The position numbers and the translations under genes are program-made. The notes beneath the pieces are model-generated. The model had not been told where the DNA came from and searched no databases. It saw only the letters and a program-made list of their open reading frames with translations. Of a stretch of 64,000 nt of DNA, positions 26,400-39,899 are shown piece by piece. Position 1 is the first letter of the stretch, and every line of letters begins with the position of its first letter. Source of the stretch: Eledone cirrhosa (taxonomy: Eukaryota); the NCBI GenBank assembly GCA_964016885.1, contig OZ024740.1, positions 46,810,001 through 46,874,000 on the forward strand. Direction: 5' to 3'.

Positions 26400-27250
26400 A
26401 TGGGGGAATGAAGGAAAGTGGTAAGAAAGGTAGGAAGGATTCAGGGAAGGAATGGGAGAATGAAGGAAAGTAGGAAGGAAGGTAGGAAGGATTCAGGGAA
26501 GGAATGGGGGAATGAAGTAAGTAGGAAGGAAGGTAAGAAGGATTCAGGGAAGGAATGGGGGAATGAAGGCAAGCAGGAAGGAAGGTAGATAGGATTCAGG
26601 GAAGGAATGGGGGAATGAAGGAAAGCAGGAAGAAAGGTAGGAAGGATTCAGGGAAGGAATGGGGGAATGAAGGAAAGCAGGAAGGAAGGTAGGAAGGATT
26701 CAGGGAAGGAAAGCAGGGAGGTAGGTAGGAAGGATTCAGGGAAGGAATGGAGGAATGAAGGAAAGTAGGAAGAAAGGTAGGAATGATTTTGGGAAGGAAT
26801 GGAGGAATGAAGGTAAGCAGGAACTAAGGTAGGAAGGATTCAGGGAAGGAATGGGGGGAATGAAGGAAAGTAGGAAGAAAGGTAGGAATGATTTACGGAA
26901 GGAATAGGGGAATGAAGGAAAGCAGGAAGGAAGGTAGGAAGGATTCAGGGAAGGAATGGGGGAATGAAGGAAAGTAGGAAGAAAGGTAGGAACGATTCAG
27001 GGAAGGAATGGGGGAATGAAGGAAAGCAGGAAGGAAGGTAGGAAGGATTTTTAGGGAAGGAATGGGGGAATAAAGGAAAGTAGGAAAGAAGGTAGGAAGG
27101 ATTCAGGGAAGGAATGGGGGAATGAAGGAAAGTAAGAAGAAAGGTAGGAAGGATTCAGGGAAGGAATGGGGGAATGAAGGAAAGTAGGAAGGAAGGTAGG
27201 TAGGATTAAGGGAAGGAATGGGAGAATGAAGGAAAGTAGGAAGAAAGGTA
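26400..27250 (+). repeat. Diverged single copy of the HOR-domain signature block
   Basis: It has the same ordered variants as about 4130-4950 (GTGGTAAGAAAGG, GGCAAGCAGG, GATTTTGGG, G6 monomer, ATTTACGG at 26891 vs 4613, GATTTTTAGGG). It also has private changes (GTAGATAGG, GAACTAAGG). Confidence 0.8.
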
Positions 27251-27309
27251 GGACGGATTCAGGGAAGGAATGGGGGAATGAAGGAAAGTAAGAAGAAAGG
27301 TAGGACGGA

Positions 27310-29780
27310 TTCAGGGAAGGAATGGGGGAATGAAGGAAAGTAGGAAGAAAGACAGGTAGGATTCAGGGAAGGAATGAGGGAATGAAGGAAAGCAGGAGGG
27401 AAGGTAGGAAGGATTCAGGGAAGGAATGGGGGAATGAAGGAAGGTAGGAAGTATTCAGGGAAGGAATGGGGGAATGAAGGAAAACAGGAAGGAAGGTAGG
27501 AAGGATTCAGGGAAGGAATGGGGGAATGAAGGAAGGTAGGAAGGATTCAGGGAAGGAATGGCTGAATGAAGGAAAGTTCTAAGGAAGGTAGGAAGGATTC
27601 AGGAAAGGAATTGGGGAAAGAAGGAAAGTAGGAAGGAAGGTAGGAAGGATTCAGGGAAGGAATGAGGGAATGAAGGAAAGTAGGAAGGAAGGTAAGAAAG
27701 ATTCAGGGAAGGAATGGGGGAATGAAGGAGAGTGGGAAGAAAGGTAGGAAGGATTCAGGGAAGGAATGGTAGAATGAAGGAAAGTAGGAAAAAAGGTTGG
27801 AAGGATTCAGGGAAGGAATGGGGGAATGAAAAAGCAGGAAGGAAGGTAAGAAGGAATCAGGGAAGGAATGTGGAATGAAGGAAAGTAGGAACGTAGGTAG
27901 GATGGATTCAGGGAAGGAATGGGGGAATGAAGGAAAGTAGGAAGGAAGGTAGGAAGGATTCAAGGAAGGAATGGGGGAATGAAAGAAAGCAGGAAGGAAG
28001 GTAGGAAGGATTCAGGGAAGGAAAGCAGGGAGGAAGGTAGGAAGGATTCAGGGAAGGAATGGAGGAATGAAGGAAAGTAGGAAGAAAGGTAGGAATGATT
28101 TTGGGAAGGAATGGGGGAATGAAGGAAAGTAGGAAGGAAGGATTCAGGGAAGGAATGGGGGAATGAAGGAAAGTAGGAAGGAAGAAGGAAGGTAGGAAGC
28201 ATTCAGGTAAGGAATGGGGGAATGAAGGAAAGTAGGAAGGATTAATGGAAGGATTCAGGGAAGGAATGGGGGAATGAAGGAAAGTAGGAAGGAAGGTAGG
28301 AAGGATTCAGGGAAGGAATGGGGGAATGAAGGAAAGTAGGAAGGAAGGTAGGAAGGATTCAGGGAAGGAATGGGGGAATGAAGGAAAGTAGGAAGGAAGG
28401 TAGGACGGATTCAGGGAAGGAATGGGGGAATGAAGAAAAGTAGGGAGGAAGGTAGGAAGGATTCAGGGAAGGAATGGGGAAATGAAGGAAAGTAGGAAGG
28501 AAGGTAGGTAGGATTCAGAGAAGGAATGGGGGAATGAAGGAAAGAAGGAAGGAAGGTAGGAAGGTTTCAGGGATGGAATGGGGGAATGAAGGAAAGCTGG
28601 AAGGAAGGTAGGAAGGATTTAGGGAAGGAATGGGGGAATGAAGGAAAGTAGGAAGGAAGGTAGGAAGGATTCAGGGAAGGAATGTGGGAATGAAGGAAAG
28701 TAGGAAGAAAGGTAGGAAGGATTCAGGGAAGGAATGGGGGAATGAAGGAAAGTAGGTAGGAAGGTAGGTAGGATTCAGGGAAGGAATGGGGAATGAAGGA
28801 AAGTAGGAAGGAAGGTAGGTAGGATTCAGGGAAGGAATGGGGGAATAAAGGAAAGTAAGAAGGAAGGTAGGTAGGATTCAGGGAAGGAATTCGGAATGAA
28901 GGAAAGTAGGAAGGAAGGTAGGAAGCATTCAGCGAAGGAATGTGGAATCAAGGAATGTAGGAAGGAAGGTAGGAAGTATTCAGGAAAGGAATGGGGGAAT
29001 GAAGGAAACTAGGAAGGAAGGTAGGAAGGATTCAGGGAAGGAATGGGGAAATGAAGGAAAGTAGGAAGAAAGGTAGGAAGGATTCAGGGAAGGAATGGGG
29101 GAATGAAGGAAAGTAGGAAGGAAGGTAGGTAAGATTCAGGGAAGGAATGGTGGAGTGAAGGAAAGTAGGAAGAAAGGTAGGTAGGATTCAGGGAAGGAAT
29201 AGGGGAATGAAGGAAATTAGGAAGGAAGGTAGGAAGGATTCAGTGAAGGAATGGGGGAATGAAGGAAAGCAGGAAGAAAGGTAGGAAGGATTCAGGGAAG
29301 GAATGGGGGAATGAAGGAAAGTAGGAAGAAAGGTAGGAAGGATTCAGGTAAGGAATGGGGGAATGAAGTAAAGCAGGAAGGAAGGTAGGAAGGATTCAGG
29401 GAAGGAATGGGGGAATGAAGGAAAGTAAGAAGAAAGGTAGGAAAGATTCAGGGAAGGAATGGGGGAATGAAGGAAAGTAGGAAGAAAGGTAGGAAGGATT
29501 CAGGAAGGAATGGGGGAATGAAGGAAAGTAGGAAGGAAGGTAGGGAGGATTCAGGGAAGGAATGGGGGAATGAAGGAAAGTAGGAAGGAAGGTAGGAACG
29601 ATTCAGGGAAGGAATGGGGGAATGACGGAAAGTAGGAAGGAAGGTAGGAAAGATTCAGGGAAGGAATGGGGGAATGAAGGAAAGTAGGAAGGAAGGTAGG
29701 AAGGATTCAGGGAAGAAATGGGGGAATGAAGGAAAGTAGGAAGAAAGGTAGGAAGGATTCAGGGAAGGAATGGGGGAATG
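27310..29780 (+). repeat. Dispersed duplicate of about 40-2870 (offset about 27 kb, with monomer-scale indels)
   Basis: TTCT of AGTTCTAAGG at 313/27577 (+27264), ACG of AACGTAGGTAGGATGG at 679/27891 (+27212), GCT of AAAGCTGG at 1384/28596 (+27212) and GAATTC at 1986/28887 (+26901). Confidence 0.85.
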
Positions 29781-30199
29781 AAGGAAAGTAGGAAGGAAGG
29801 TAAGAAGGAATCAGGGAAGGAATGGGGGAATGAAGGAAAGTAGGAAGGTAGGTAGGAAGGATTCAGGGAAGGAATGGGGGAATGAAGGAAAGCAGGAAGA
29901 AAGGTAGGAAGGATTCAGGGAAGGAAAGCAGAGAGGAAGGTAGGAAGGATTCAGGGAAGGAATGGAGGAATGAAGGAAAGTAGGAAGAAAGGTAGGAAGG
30001 ATTCAGGGAAGGAATGGGGGAATGAAGGAAAGTAGGAAGGAAAGTAGGAAGGAAGGATTCAGGGAAGGAATGGGGGAATGAAGGAAAGTAGGAAGGAAGG
30101 TAGGTAGGATTCAGGGAAGGAATTGGGGAATGAAGGAAAGTAGGAAGGAAGGTAGGAAGGATTCAGGGAAGGAATGGGGGAATGAAGGAAAGTAGGAAG

Positions 30200-33100
30200 A
30201 AAGGTAGGTAGGATTCTGGGAAAGAATGGGGGAATGAAGGAAAGCAGGAAGGAAGGTAGGAAGGATTTAGGGAAGGAATGGGGGAATGAAGGAAAGTAGG
30301 AAGAAAGGTAGGAAGGATTCAGAGAAGGAATGGGGGAATGAAGGAAAGTAGGAAGGAAGGTAAGAAAGATTCAGGGAAGGAATGGGGGAATGAAGGAGAG
30401 TGGGAAGAAAGGTAGGAAGGATTCAGGGAAGGAATGGTAGAATGAAGGAAAGTAGGAAGGAAGGTTGGAAGGATTCAGGGAAGGAATGGGGGAATGAAGG
30501 AAAGTAGGAAGGAAGGTAAGAAGGAATCAGGGAAGGAATGGGGGAATGAAGGAAAGTAGGAAGGTAGGTAGGAAGGATTCAGGGAAGGAATGGGGGAATG
30601 AAGGAAAGTAGGAAGGAAGGTAGGAAGGATTCAGGGAAGGAATGGGGGAATGAAGGAAAGCAGGAAGAAAGGTAGGAAGGATTCAGGGAAGGAAAGCAGA
30701 GAGGAAGGTAGGAAGGATTCAGGGAAGGAATAGAGGAATGAAGGAAAGTAGGAAGAAAGGTAGGAAGGATTCAGGGAAGGAATGGGGGAATGAAGGAAAG
30801 TAGGAAGGAAAGTAGGAAGGAAGGATTCAGGGAAGGAATTGGGGAATGAAGGAAAGTAGGAAGGAAGGTAGGTAGGATTCAGGGAAGGAATTGGGGAATG
30901 AAGGAAAGTAGGAAGGAAGGTAGGAAGGATTCAGGGAAGGAATGGGGGACTGAAGGAAAGTAGGAAGGAAGGTAGGTAGGATAAAGGGAAGGAAAGGGGA
31001 ATGAAGGAAAGTAGGATGGAAGAAGGAAGGTAGGAGGGATTCAGGTAAGGAATGGGGGAATGAAGGAAAGTAGGAAGGATTCAGGGAAGGAATGGGGGAA
31101 TGAAGGAAAGTAGGAAGGAATGTAGGAAGGATTCAGGGAAGGAATGGGGGAATGAAGGAAAGTAGGAAGGAAGGTAGGAAGGATTCAGGGAAGGAATGGG
31201 GGAATGAAGGAAAGTAGGAAGGAAGGTAGGACGGATTCAGGGAAGGAATGGGGGAATGAAGAAAAGTAGGGAGGAAGGTAGGAAGGATTCAGGGAAGGAA
31301 TGGGGGAATGAAGGAAAGTAGGAAGGAAGGTAGGTAGGATTCAGGGAAGGAATGGGGGAATGAAGGAAAGTAGGAAGGAAGGTGGGAAGGATTCAGGGAT
31401 GGAATGGGGGAATGAAGGAAAGCAGGAAGGAAGGTAGGAAGGATTTAGGGAAGGAATGGGGGAATGAAGGAAAGTAGGAAGAAAGGTAGGAAGGATTTAG
31501 GGAAGGAATGGGGGAATGAAGGAAAGCAGGATGGAAGGTAGGAAGGATTTAGGGAAGGAATGGGGGAATGAAGGAAAGTAGGAAGAAAGGTAGGAAGGAT
31601 TCAGGGAAGGAATTGGGGAATGAAGGAAAGTAGGAAGTAAGGTAGGAAGGATTAAGGGAAGGAATGGGGGACTGAAGGAAAGTAGGAAGGAAGGTAGGTA
31701 GGATTAAGGGAAGGAATGGGGAATGAAGGAAAGTAGGAAGGAAGAAGGAAGGTAGGAAGGATTCAGGTAAGGAATGGGGGAATGAAGGAAAGTAGGAAGG
31801 AAGGTAGGAAGGATTCAGGGAAGGAATGGGGGAATGAAGTAAAGTAGGAAGGAAGTTAGGAAGGATTCTTGGACGGAATGGGGGAATGAAGGAAAGTAGG
31901 AACGTAGGTAGGATGGATTCAGGGAAGGAATGGGGGAATGAAGGAAAGTAGGAAGGAAGGTAGGAAGGATTCAGGGAAGGAATGGGGGAATGAAAGAAAG
32001 CAGGAAGGAAGGTAGGAAGGATTCAGGGAAGGAAAGCAGGGAGGAAGGTAGGAAGGATTCAGGGAAGGAATGGAGGAATGAAGGAAAGTAGGAAGAAAGG
32101 TAGGAATGATTTTGGGAAGGAATGGGGGAATGAAGGAAAGTAGGAAGGAAGGTTTCAGGGAAGGAATGGGGGAATGAAGGAAAGTAGGAAGGAAGAAGGA
32201 AGGTAGAAAGGATTCAGGTAAGGAATGGGGGAATGAAGGAAAGTAGGAAGGATTCAGGGAAGGATTCAGGGAAGGAATGGCGGAATGAAGGAAAGTAGGA
32301 AGGAAGGTAGGAAGGATTCAGGGAAGGAATGGGGGAATGAAGGAAAGTAGGAAGGAAGGTAGGAAGGATTCAGGGAAGGAATGGGGGAATGAAGGAAAGT
32401 AGGAAGGAAGTTAGGACGGATTCAGGGAAGGAATGGGGGAATGAAGAAAAGTAGGGAGGAAGGTAGGAAGGATTCAGGGAAGGAATGGGGAAATGAAGGA
32501 AAGTAGGAAGGAAGGTAGGTAGGATTCAGAGAAGGAATGAGGGAATGAAGGAAAGAAGGAAGGAAGGTAGGAAGGATTCAGGGATGGAATGGGGGAATGA
32601 AGGAAAGCTGGAAGGAAGGTAGGAAGGATTTAGGGAAGGAATGGGGAATGAAGGAAAGTAGGAAGAAAGGTAGGAAGGATTTAGGGAAAGAATGGGGGAA
32701 TGAAGGAAAGCAGGAAGGAAGGTAGGAAGGATTTAGGGAAGGAATGGGGGAATGAAGGAAAGTAGGAAGAAAGGTAGGAAGGATTCAGGGAAGGAATGGG
32801 GGAATGAAGGAAAGCAGGAAGGAAGGTAGGAAGGATTCAGGGAAGGAATGGGGAATGAAGGAAAGTAGGAAGAAAGGTAGGAAGGATTTAGGGAAAGAAT
32901 GGGGGAATGAAGGAAAGCAGGAAGGAAGGTAGGAAGGATTTAGGGAAGGAATGGGGGAATGAAGGAAAGTAGGAAGGATGGTAGGAAGGATTCAGGGGGA
33001 AGGAATGTGGGAATGAAGGAAAGTAGGAAGAAAGGTAGGAAGGATTCAGGGAAGGATGGGGGAATGAAGGAAAGTAGGTAGGAAGGTAGGTAGGATTCAG

Positions 33101-35800
33101 GGAAGGAATGGGGAATGAAGGAAAGTAGGAAGGAAGGTAGGTAGGATTCAGGGAAGGAATGGGGGAATGAAGGAAATTAGGAAGGAAGGTAGGAAGGATT
33201 CAGGGAAGGAATTCGGAATGTAGGAAAGTAGGAAGGAAGGTAGGAAGCATTCAGCGAAGGAATGTGGAATCAAGGAATGTAGGAAGGAAGGTAGGAAGTA
33301 TTCAGGAAAGGAATGGGGGAATGAAGGAAACTAGGAAGGAAGGTAGGAAGGATTCAGGGAAGGAATGGGGAAATGAAGGAAAGTAGGAAGAAAGGTAGGA
33401 AGGATTCAGGGAAGGAATGGGGGAATGAAGGAAAGTAGGAAGGAAGGTAGGTAAGATTCAGGGAAGGAATGGTGGAGTGAAGGAAAGTAGGAAGAAAGGT
33501 AGGTAGGATTCAGGGAAGGAATGGGGGAATGAAGGAAATTAGGAAGGAAGGTAGGAAGGATTCAGTGAAGGAATGGGGGAATGAAGGAAAGCAGGAAGAA
33601 AGGTAGGAAGGATTCAGGGAAGGAATGGGGGAATGAAGGAAAGTAGGAAGAAAGGTAGGAAGGATTCAGGAAAGGAATGGGGGAATGAAGTAAAGCAGGA
33701 AGGAAGGTAGGAAGGATTCAGGGAAGGAATGGGGGAATGAAGGAAAGTAAGAAGAAAGGTAGGAAGGATTCAGGGAAGGAATGGGGGAATGAAGGAAAGT
33801 AGGAAGAAAGGTAGGAAGGATTCAGGAAGGAATGGGGGAATGAAGGAAAGTAGGAAGGAAGGTAGGGAGGATTCAGGGAAGGAATGGGGGAATGAAGGAA
33901 AGTAGGAAGGAAGGTAGGAACGATTCAGGGAAGGAATGGGGGAATGACGGAAAGTAGGAAGGAAGGTAGGAAAGATTCAGGGAAGGAATGGGGGAATGAA
34001 GGAAAGTAGGAAGGAAGGTAGGAAGGATTCAGGGAAGAAATGGGGGAATGAAGGAAATTAGGAAGAAAGGTAGGAAGGATTCAGGGAAGGAATGGGGGAA
34101 TGAAGGAAAGTAGGAAGAAAGGTAGGTAGGATTCAGGGAAGGAATGGGGGAATGAAGGAAAGCAGGAAGGAAGGTAGGAAGGATTTAGGGAAGGAATGGG
34201 GGAATGAAGGAAAGTAGGAAGAAAGGTAGGAAGGATTCAGAGAAGGAATGGGGGAATGAAGGAAAGTAGGAAGGAAGGTAAGAAAGATTCAGGGAAGGAA
34301 TGGGGGAATGAAGGAGAGTGGGAAGAAAGGTAGGAAGGATTCAGGGAAGGAATGGTAGAATGAAGGAAAGTAGGAAGGAAGGTTGGAAGGATTCAGGGAA
34401 GGAATGGGGGAATGAAGGAAAGTAGGAAGGAAGGTAAGAAGGAATCAGGGAAGGAATGGGGGAATGAAGGAAAGTAGGAAGGTAGGTAGGAAGGATTCAG
34501 GGAAGGAATGGGGGAATGAAGGAAAGTAGGAAGGAAGGTAGGAAGGATTCAGGGAAGGAATGGGGGAATGAAGGAAAGCAGGAAGAAAGGTAGGAAGGAT
34601 TCAGGGAAGGAAAGCAGAGAGGAAGGTAGGAAGGATTCAGGGAAGGAATGGAGGAATGAAGGAAAGTAGGAAGAAAGGTAGGAAGGATTCAGGGAAGGAA
34701 TGGGGGAATGAAGGAAAGTAGGAAGGAAAGTAGGAAGGAAGGATTCAGGGAAGGAATGGGGGAATGAAGGAAAGTAGGAAGGAAGGTAGGTAGGATTCAG
34801 GGAAGGAATTGGGGAAAGAAGGAAAGTAGGAAGGAAGGTAGGAAGGATTCAGGGAAGGAATGGGGGACTGAAGGAAAGTAGGAAGGAAGGTAGGTAGGAT
34901 AAAGGGAAGGAAAGGGGAATGAAGGAAAGTAGGATGGAAGAAGGAAGGTAGGAGGGATTCAGGTAAGGAATGGGGGAATGAAGGAAAGTAGGAAGGATTC
35001 AGGGAAGGAATGGGGGAATGAAGGAAAGTAGGAAGGAATGTAGGAAGGATTCAGGGAAGGAATGGAGGAATGAAGGAAAGTAGGAAGGAAGGTAGGAAGG
35101 ATTCAGGGAAGGAATGGGGGAATGAAGGAAAGTAGGAAGGAAGGTAGGACGGATTCAGGGAAGGAATGGGGGAATGAAGAAAAGTAGGGAGGAAGGTAGG
35201 AAGGATTCAGGGAAGGAATGGGGGAATGAAGGAAAGTAGGAAGGAAGGTAGGTAGGATTCAGGGAAGGAATGGGGGAATGAAGGAAAGTAGGAAGGAAGG
35301 TGGGAAGGATTCAGGGATGGAATGGAGGAATGAAGGAAAGCAGGAAGGAAGGTAGGAAGGATTTAGGGAAGGAATGGGGGAATGAAGGAAAGTAGGAAGA
35401 AAGGTAGGAAGGATTTAGGGAAGGAATGGGGGAATGAAGGAAAGCAGGATGGAAGGTAGGAAGGATTTAGGGAAGGAATGGGGGAATGAAGGAAAGTAGG
35501 AAGAAAGGTAGGAAGGATTCAGGGAAGGAATTGGGGAATGAAGGAAAGTAGGAAGGAAGGTAGGAAGGATTAAGGGAAGGAATGGGGGACTGAAGGAAAG
35601 TAGGAAGGAAGGTAGGTAGGATTAAGGGAAGGAATGGGGAATGAAGGAAAGTAGGAAGGAAGAAGGAAGGTAGGAAGGATTCAGGTAAGGAATGGGGGAA
35701 TGAAGGAAAGTAGGAAGGAAGGTAGGAAGGATTCAGGGAAGGAATGGGGGAATGAAGTAAAGTAGGAAGGAAGTTAGGAAGGATTCAGGGACGGAATGGG
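30200..35800 (+). repeat. Block repeated at about 3,918 bp period (about 30200-31880 vs about 34120-35800), with further copies near 37750-39330 and 57700-59100
   Basis: The rare variant GGATAAAGGGAAGGAAAGGGG..TAGGATGGAAGAAGG occurs at 30981, 34899, 38407 and 58177, with the same flanking variant order. Confidence 0.8.
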
Positions 35801-38800
35801 GGAATGAAGGAAAGTAGGAAGGAAGGTAGGACGGATTCAGGGAAGGAATGGGGGAATGAAGAAAAGTAGGAAGGAAGGTAGGTAGGATTCAGGGAAGGAA
35901 TGGGGGAATGTAGGAAAGTAGGAAGGAAAGTAGGAAGGAAGGATTCAGGGAAGGAATGGGGCAATGAAGGAAAGTAGAAAGGAAGGTAGGTAGGATTCAG
36001 GGAAGGAATTGGGGAATGAAGGCAAGTAGGAAGGAAGGTAGGAAGGATTCAGGGAAGGAATGGGGGACTGAAGGAAAGTAGGAAGGAAGGTAGGTAGGAT
36101 TCAGGGAAGAAATGGGGGAATGAAGGAAAGTAGGTAGGAAGGTAGGTAGGATTCAGAGAAGGAATGGGGAATGAAGGAAAGTAGGAAGAAGGTAGGTAGG
36201 ATTCAGGGAAGAATGGGGGAATGAAGGAAATTAGGAAGGAAGGTAGGAAGGATTCAGTGAAGGAATGGGGGAATGAAGGAAAGCAGAAAGAAAGGTAGGA
36301 AGGATTCAGGGAATGAATGGGGGAATGAAGTACAGCAGGAAGGAAGGTAGGAAGGATTCAGGGAAGGAATGGGGGAATGAAGGAAAGTAAGATGAAAGGT
36401 AGGAAGGATTCAGGGAAGGCATGGGGGAATGAAGGAAAGAAGGAAGAAAGGTAGGAAGGATTCAGGGAAGGAATGGGTGAATGAAGGAAAGTAGGAAGGA
36501 AGGTAGTTAGGATCCAGGGAAGGAATGGGGGAATGAAGGAAAGTAGGAAGGAAAGTAGGAAGGAAGGATTCAGGGAAGGAATGGGGGAATGAAGGAAAGT
36601 AGGAAGGAAGGTAGGTAGGATTCAGGGAAGGAATTGGGGAATGAAGGCAAGTAAGAAGGAAGGTAGGAAGGATTCAAGGAAGGAATGGGGGACTGAAGGA
36701 AAGTAGGAAGGAAGGTAGGTAGGATTCAGCGAAGGAATGGGGGAATGAAGGAAAGTAGGAAGAAAAGTAGGAAGGATTCAGGGAAGGAATGGGGGAATGA
36801 AGGAAAGTAGGTAGGAAGGTGGGTAGGATTCAGGGAAGGAATGGGGAATGAAGGAAAGTAGGAAGGATTCAGCGAAGGAATGTGGAATGAAGGAATGTAG
36901 GAAGGAAGGTAGGAAAGATTCAGGGAAGGAATGGGGAATGAAGGAAAGTAGGTAGGAAGGTAGGTAGGATTCAGGGAAGGAATGGGGAATGAAGTAAAGT
37001 AGGAAGAAAGGTAGGAAGGATTCAGGGAAGGAATGGGGGAATGAAGGAAAGCAGGAAGAAAGGTAGGAAGGATTCAGGGAAGAAATGGGGGAATGAAGGA
37101 AAGTAGGAAGAAAGGTAGGAAGGATTCAGAGAAGGAATGGGGGAATGAAGGAATGTAGGAAGGAAGGTAGGAAGGATTCAGTGAAGGAATGGGGGAATGA
37201 AGGAAAGCAGGAAGAAAGGTAGGAAGGATTCAGGGAAGGAATGGGGGAATGAAGGAAAGTAGGAAGAAAGGTAGGAAGGATTCAGGGAAGGAATGGGGGA
37301 ATGAAGTAAAGCAGGAAGGAAGGTAGGAAGGATTCAGGGAAGGAATGGGGGAATGAAGGAAAGTAAGAAGAAAGGTAGGAAGGATTCAGGGAAGGAATGG
37401 GGGAATGAAGGAAAGTAGGAAGAAAGGTAGGAAGGATTCAGGAAGGAATGGGGGAATGAAGGAAAGTAGGAAGGAAGGTAGGGAGGATTCAGGGAAGGAA
37501 TGGGGGAATGAAGGAAAGTAGGAAGGAAGGTAGGAATTATTCAGGGAAGGAATGGGGGAATGACGGAAAGTAGGAAGGAAGGTAGGAAAGATTCAGGGAA
37601 GGAATGGGGGAATGAAGGAAAGTAGGAAGGAAGGTAGGAAGGATTCAGGGAAGAAATGGGGGAATGAAGGAAAGTAGGAAGAAAGGTAGGAAGGATTCAG
37701 GGAAGGAATGGGGGAATGAAGGAAAGTAGGAAGAAAGGTAGGTAGGATTCAGGGAAGGAATGGGGGAATGAAGGAAAGCAGGAAGGAAGGTAGGAAGGAT
37801 TTAGGGAAGGAATGGGGGAATGAAGGAAAGCAGGAAGAAAGGTAGGAAGGATTCAGAGAAGGAATGGGGGAATGAAGGAAAGTAGGAAGGAAGGTAAGAA
37901 AGATTCAGGGAAGGTATGGGGGAATGAAGGAGAGTGGGAAGAAAGGTAGGAAGGATTCAGGGAAGGAATGATAGAATGAAGGAAAGTAGGAAGGAAGGTT
38001 GGAAGGATTCAGGGAAGGAATGGGGGAATGAAGGAAAGTAGGAAGGAAGGTAAGAAGGAATCAGGGAAGGAATGGGGGAATGAAGGAAAGCAGGAAGAAA
38101 GGTAGGAAGGATTCAGGGAAGGAAAGCAGAGAGGAAGGTAGGAAGGATTCAGGGAAGGAATGGAGGAATGAAGGAAAGTAGGAAGAAAGGTAGGAAGGAT
38201 TCAGGGAAGGAATGGGGGAATGAAGGAAAGTAGGAAGGAAAGTAGGAAGGAAGGATTCAGGGAAGGAATGGGGGAATGAAGGAAAGTAGGAAGGAAGGTA
38301 GGTAGGATTCAGGGAAGGAATTGGGGAATGAAGGAAAGTAGGAAGGAAGGTAGGAAGGATTCAGGGAAGGAATGGGGGACTGAAGGAAAGTAGGAAGGAA
38401 GGTAGGATAAAGGGAAGGAAAGGGGAATGAAGGAAAGTAGGATGGAAGAAGGAAGGTAGGAGGGATTCAGGTAAGAAATGGGGGAATGAAGGAAAGTAGG
38501 AAGGATTCAGGGAAGGAATGGGGGAATGAAGGAAAGTAGGAAGGAATGTAGGAAGGATTCAGGGAAGGAATGGGGGAATGAAGGAAAGTAGGAAGGAAGG
38601 TAGGAAGGATTCAGGGAAGGAATGGGGGAATGAAGGAAAGTAGGAAGGAAGGTAGGACGAATTCAGGGTAGGAATGGGGGAATGAAGAAAAGTAGGGAGG
38701 AAGGTAGGAAGGATTCAGGGAAGGAATGGGGGAATGAAGGAAAGTAGGAAGGAAGGTAGGTAGGATTCAGGGAAGGAATGGGGGAATGAAGGAAAGTAGG

Positions 38801-39899
38801 AAGGAAGGTGGGAAGGATTCAGGGATGGAATGGGGGAATGAAGGAAAGCAGGAAGGAAGGTAGGAAGGATTTAGGGAAAGAATGGGGGAATGAAGGAAAG
38901 TAGGAAGAAAGGTAGGAAGGATTTAGGGAAGGAATGGGGGAATGAAGGAAAGCAGGATGGAAGGTAGGAAGGATTTAGGGAAGGAATGGGGGAATGAAGG
39001 AAAGTAGGAAGAAAGGTAGGAAGGATTCAGGGAAGGAATTGGGGAATGAAGGAAAGTAGGAAGGAAGGTAGGAAGGATTAAGGGAAGGAATGGGGGACTG
39101 AAGGAAAGTAGGAAGGAAGGTAGGTAGGATTAAGGGAAGGAATGGGGAATGAAGGAAAGTAGGAAGGAAGAAGGAAGGTAGGAAGGATTCAGGTAAGGAA
39201 TGGGGGAATGAAGGAAAGTAGGAAGGAAGGTAGGAAGGATTCAGGGAAGGAATGGGGCAATGAAGTAAAGTAGGAAGGAAGTTAGGAAGGATTCAGGGAC
39301 GGAATGGGGGAATGAAGGAAAGTAGGAAGGAAGGTAGGACGGATTCAGGGAAGGAATGGGGGAATGTAGGAAAGTAGGAAGGAAAGTAGGAAGGAAGGAT
39401 TCAGGGAAGGAATGGGGCAATGAAGGAAAGTAGAAAGGAAGGTAGGTAGGATTCAGGGAAGGAATGGGGGAATGTAGGAAAGTAGGAAGGAAAGTAGGAA
39501 GGAAGGATTCAGGGAAGGAATGGGGCAATGAAGGAAAGTAGAAAGGAAGGTAGGTAGGATTCAGGGAAGGAATTGGGGAATGAAGGCAAGTAGGAAGGAA
39601 GGTAGGAAGGATTCAGGGAAAGAATGGGGGACTGAAGGAAAGTAGGAAGGAAGGTAGGTAGGATTCAGGGAAGGAATGGGGGAATGTAGGAAAGTAGGAA
39701 GGAAAGTAGGAAGGAAGGATTCAGGGAAGGAATGGGGCAATGAAGGAAAGTAGAAAGGAAGGTAGGTAGGATTCAGGGAAGGAATTGGGGAATGAAGGCA
39801 AGTAGGAAGGAAGGTAGGAAGGATTCAGGGAAGGAATGGGGGACTGAAGGAAAGTAGGAAGGAAGGTAGGTAGGATTCAGGGAAGGAATGGGGGAATGA

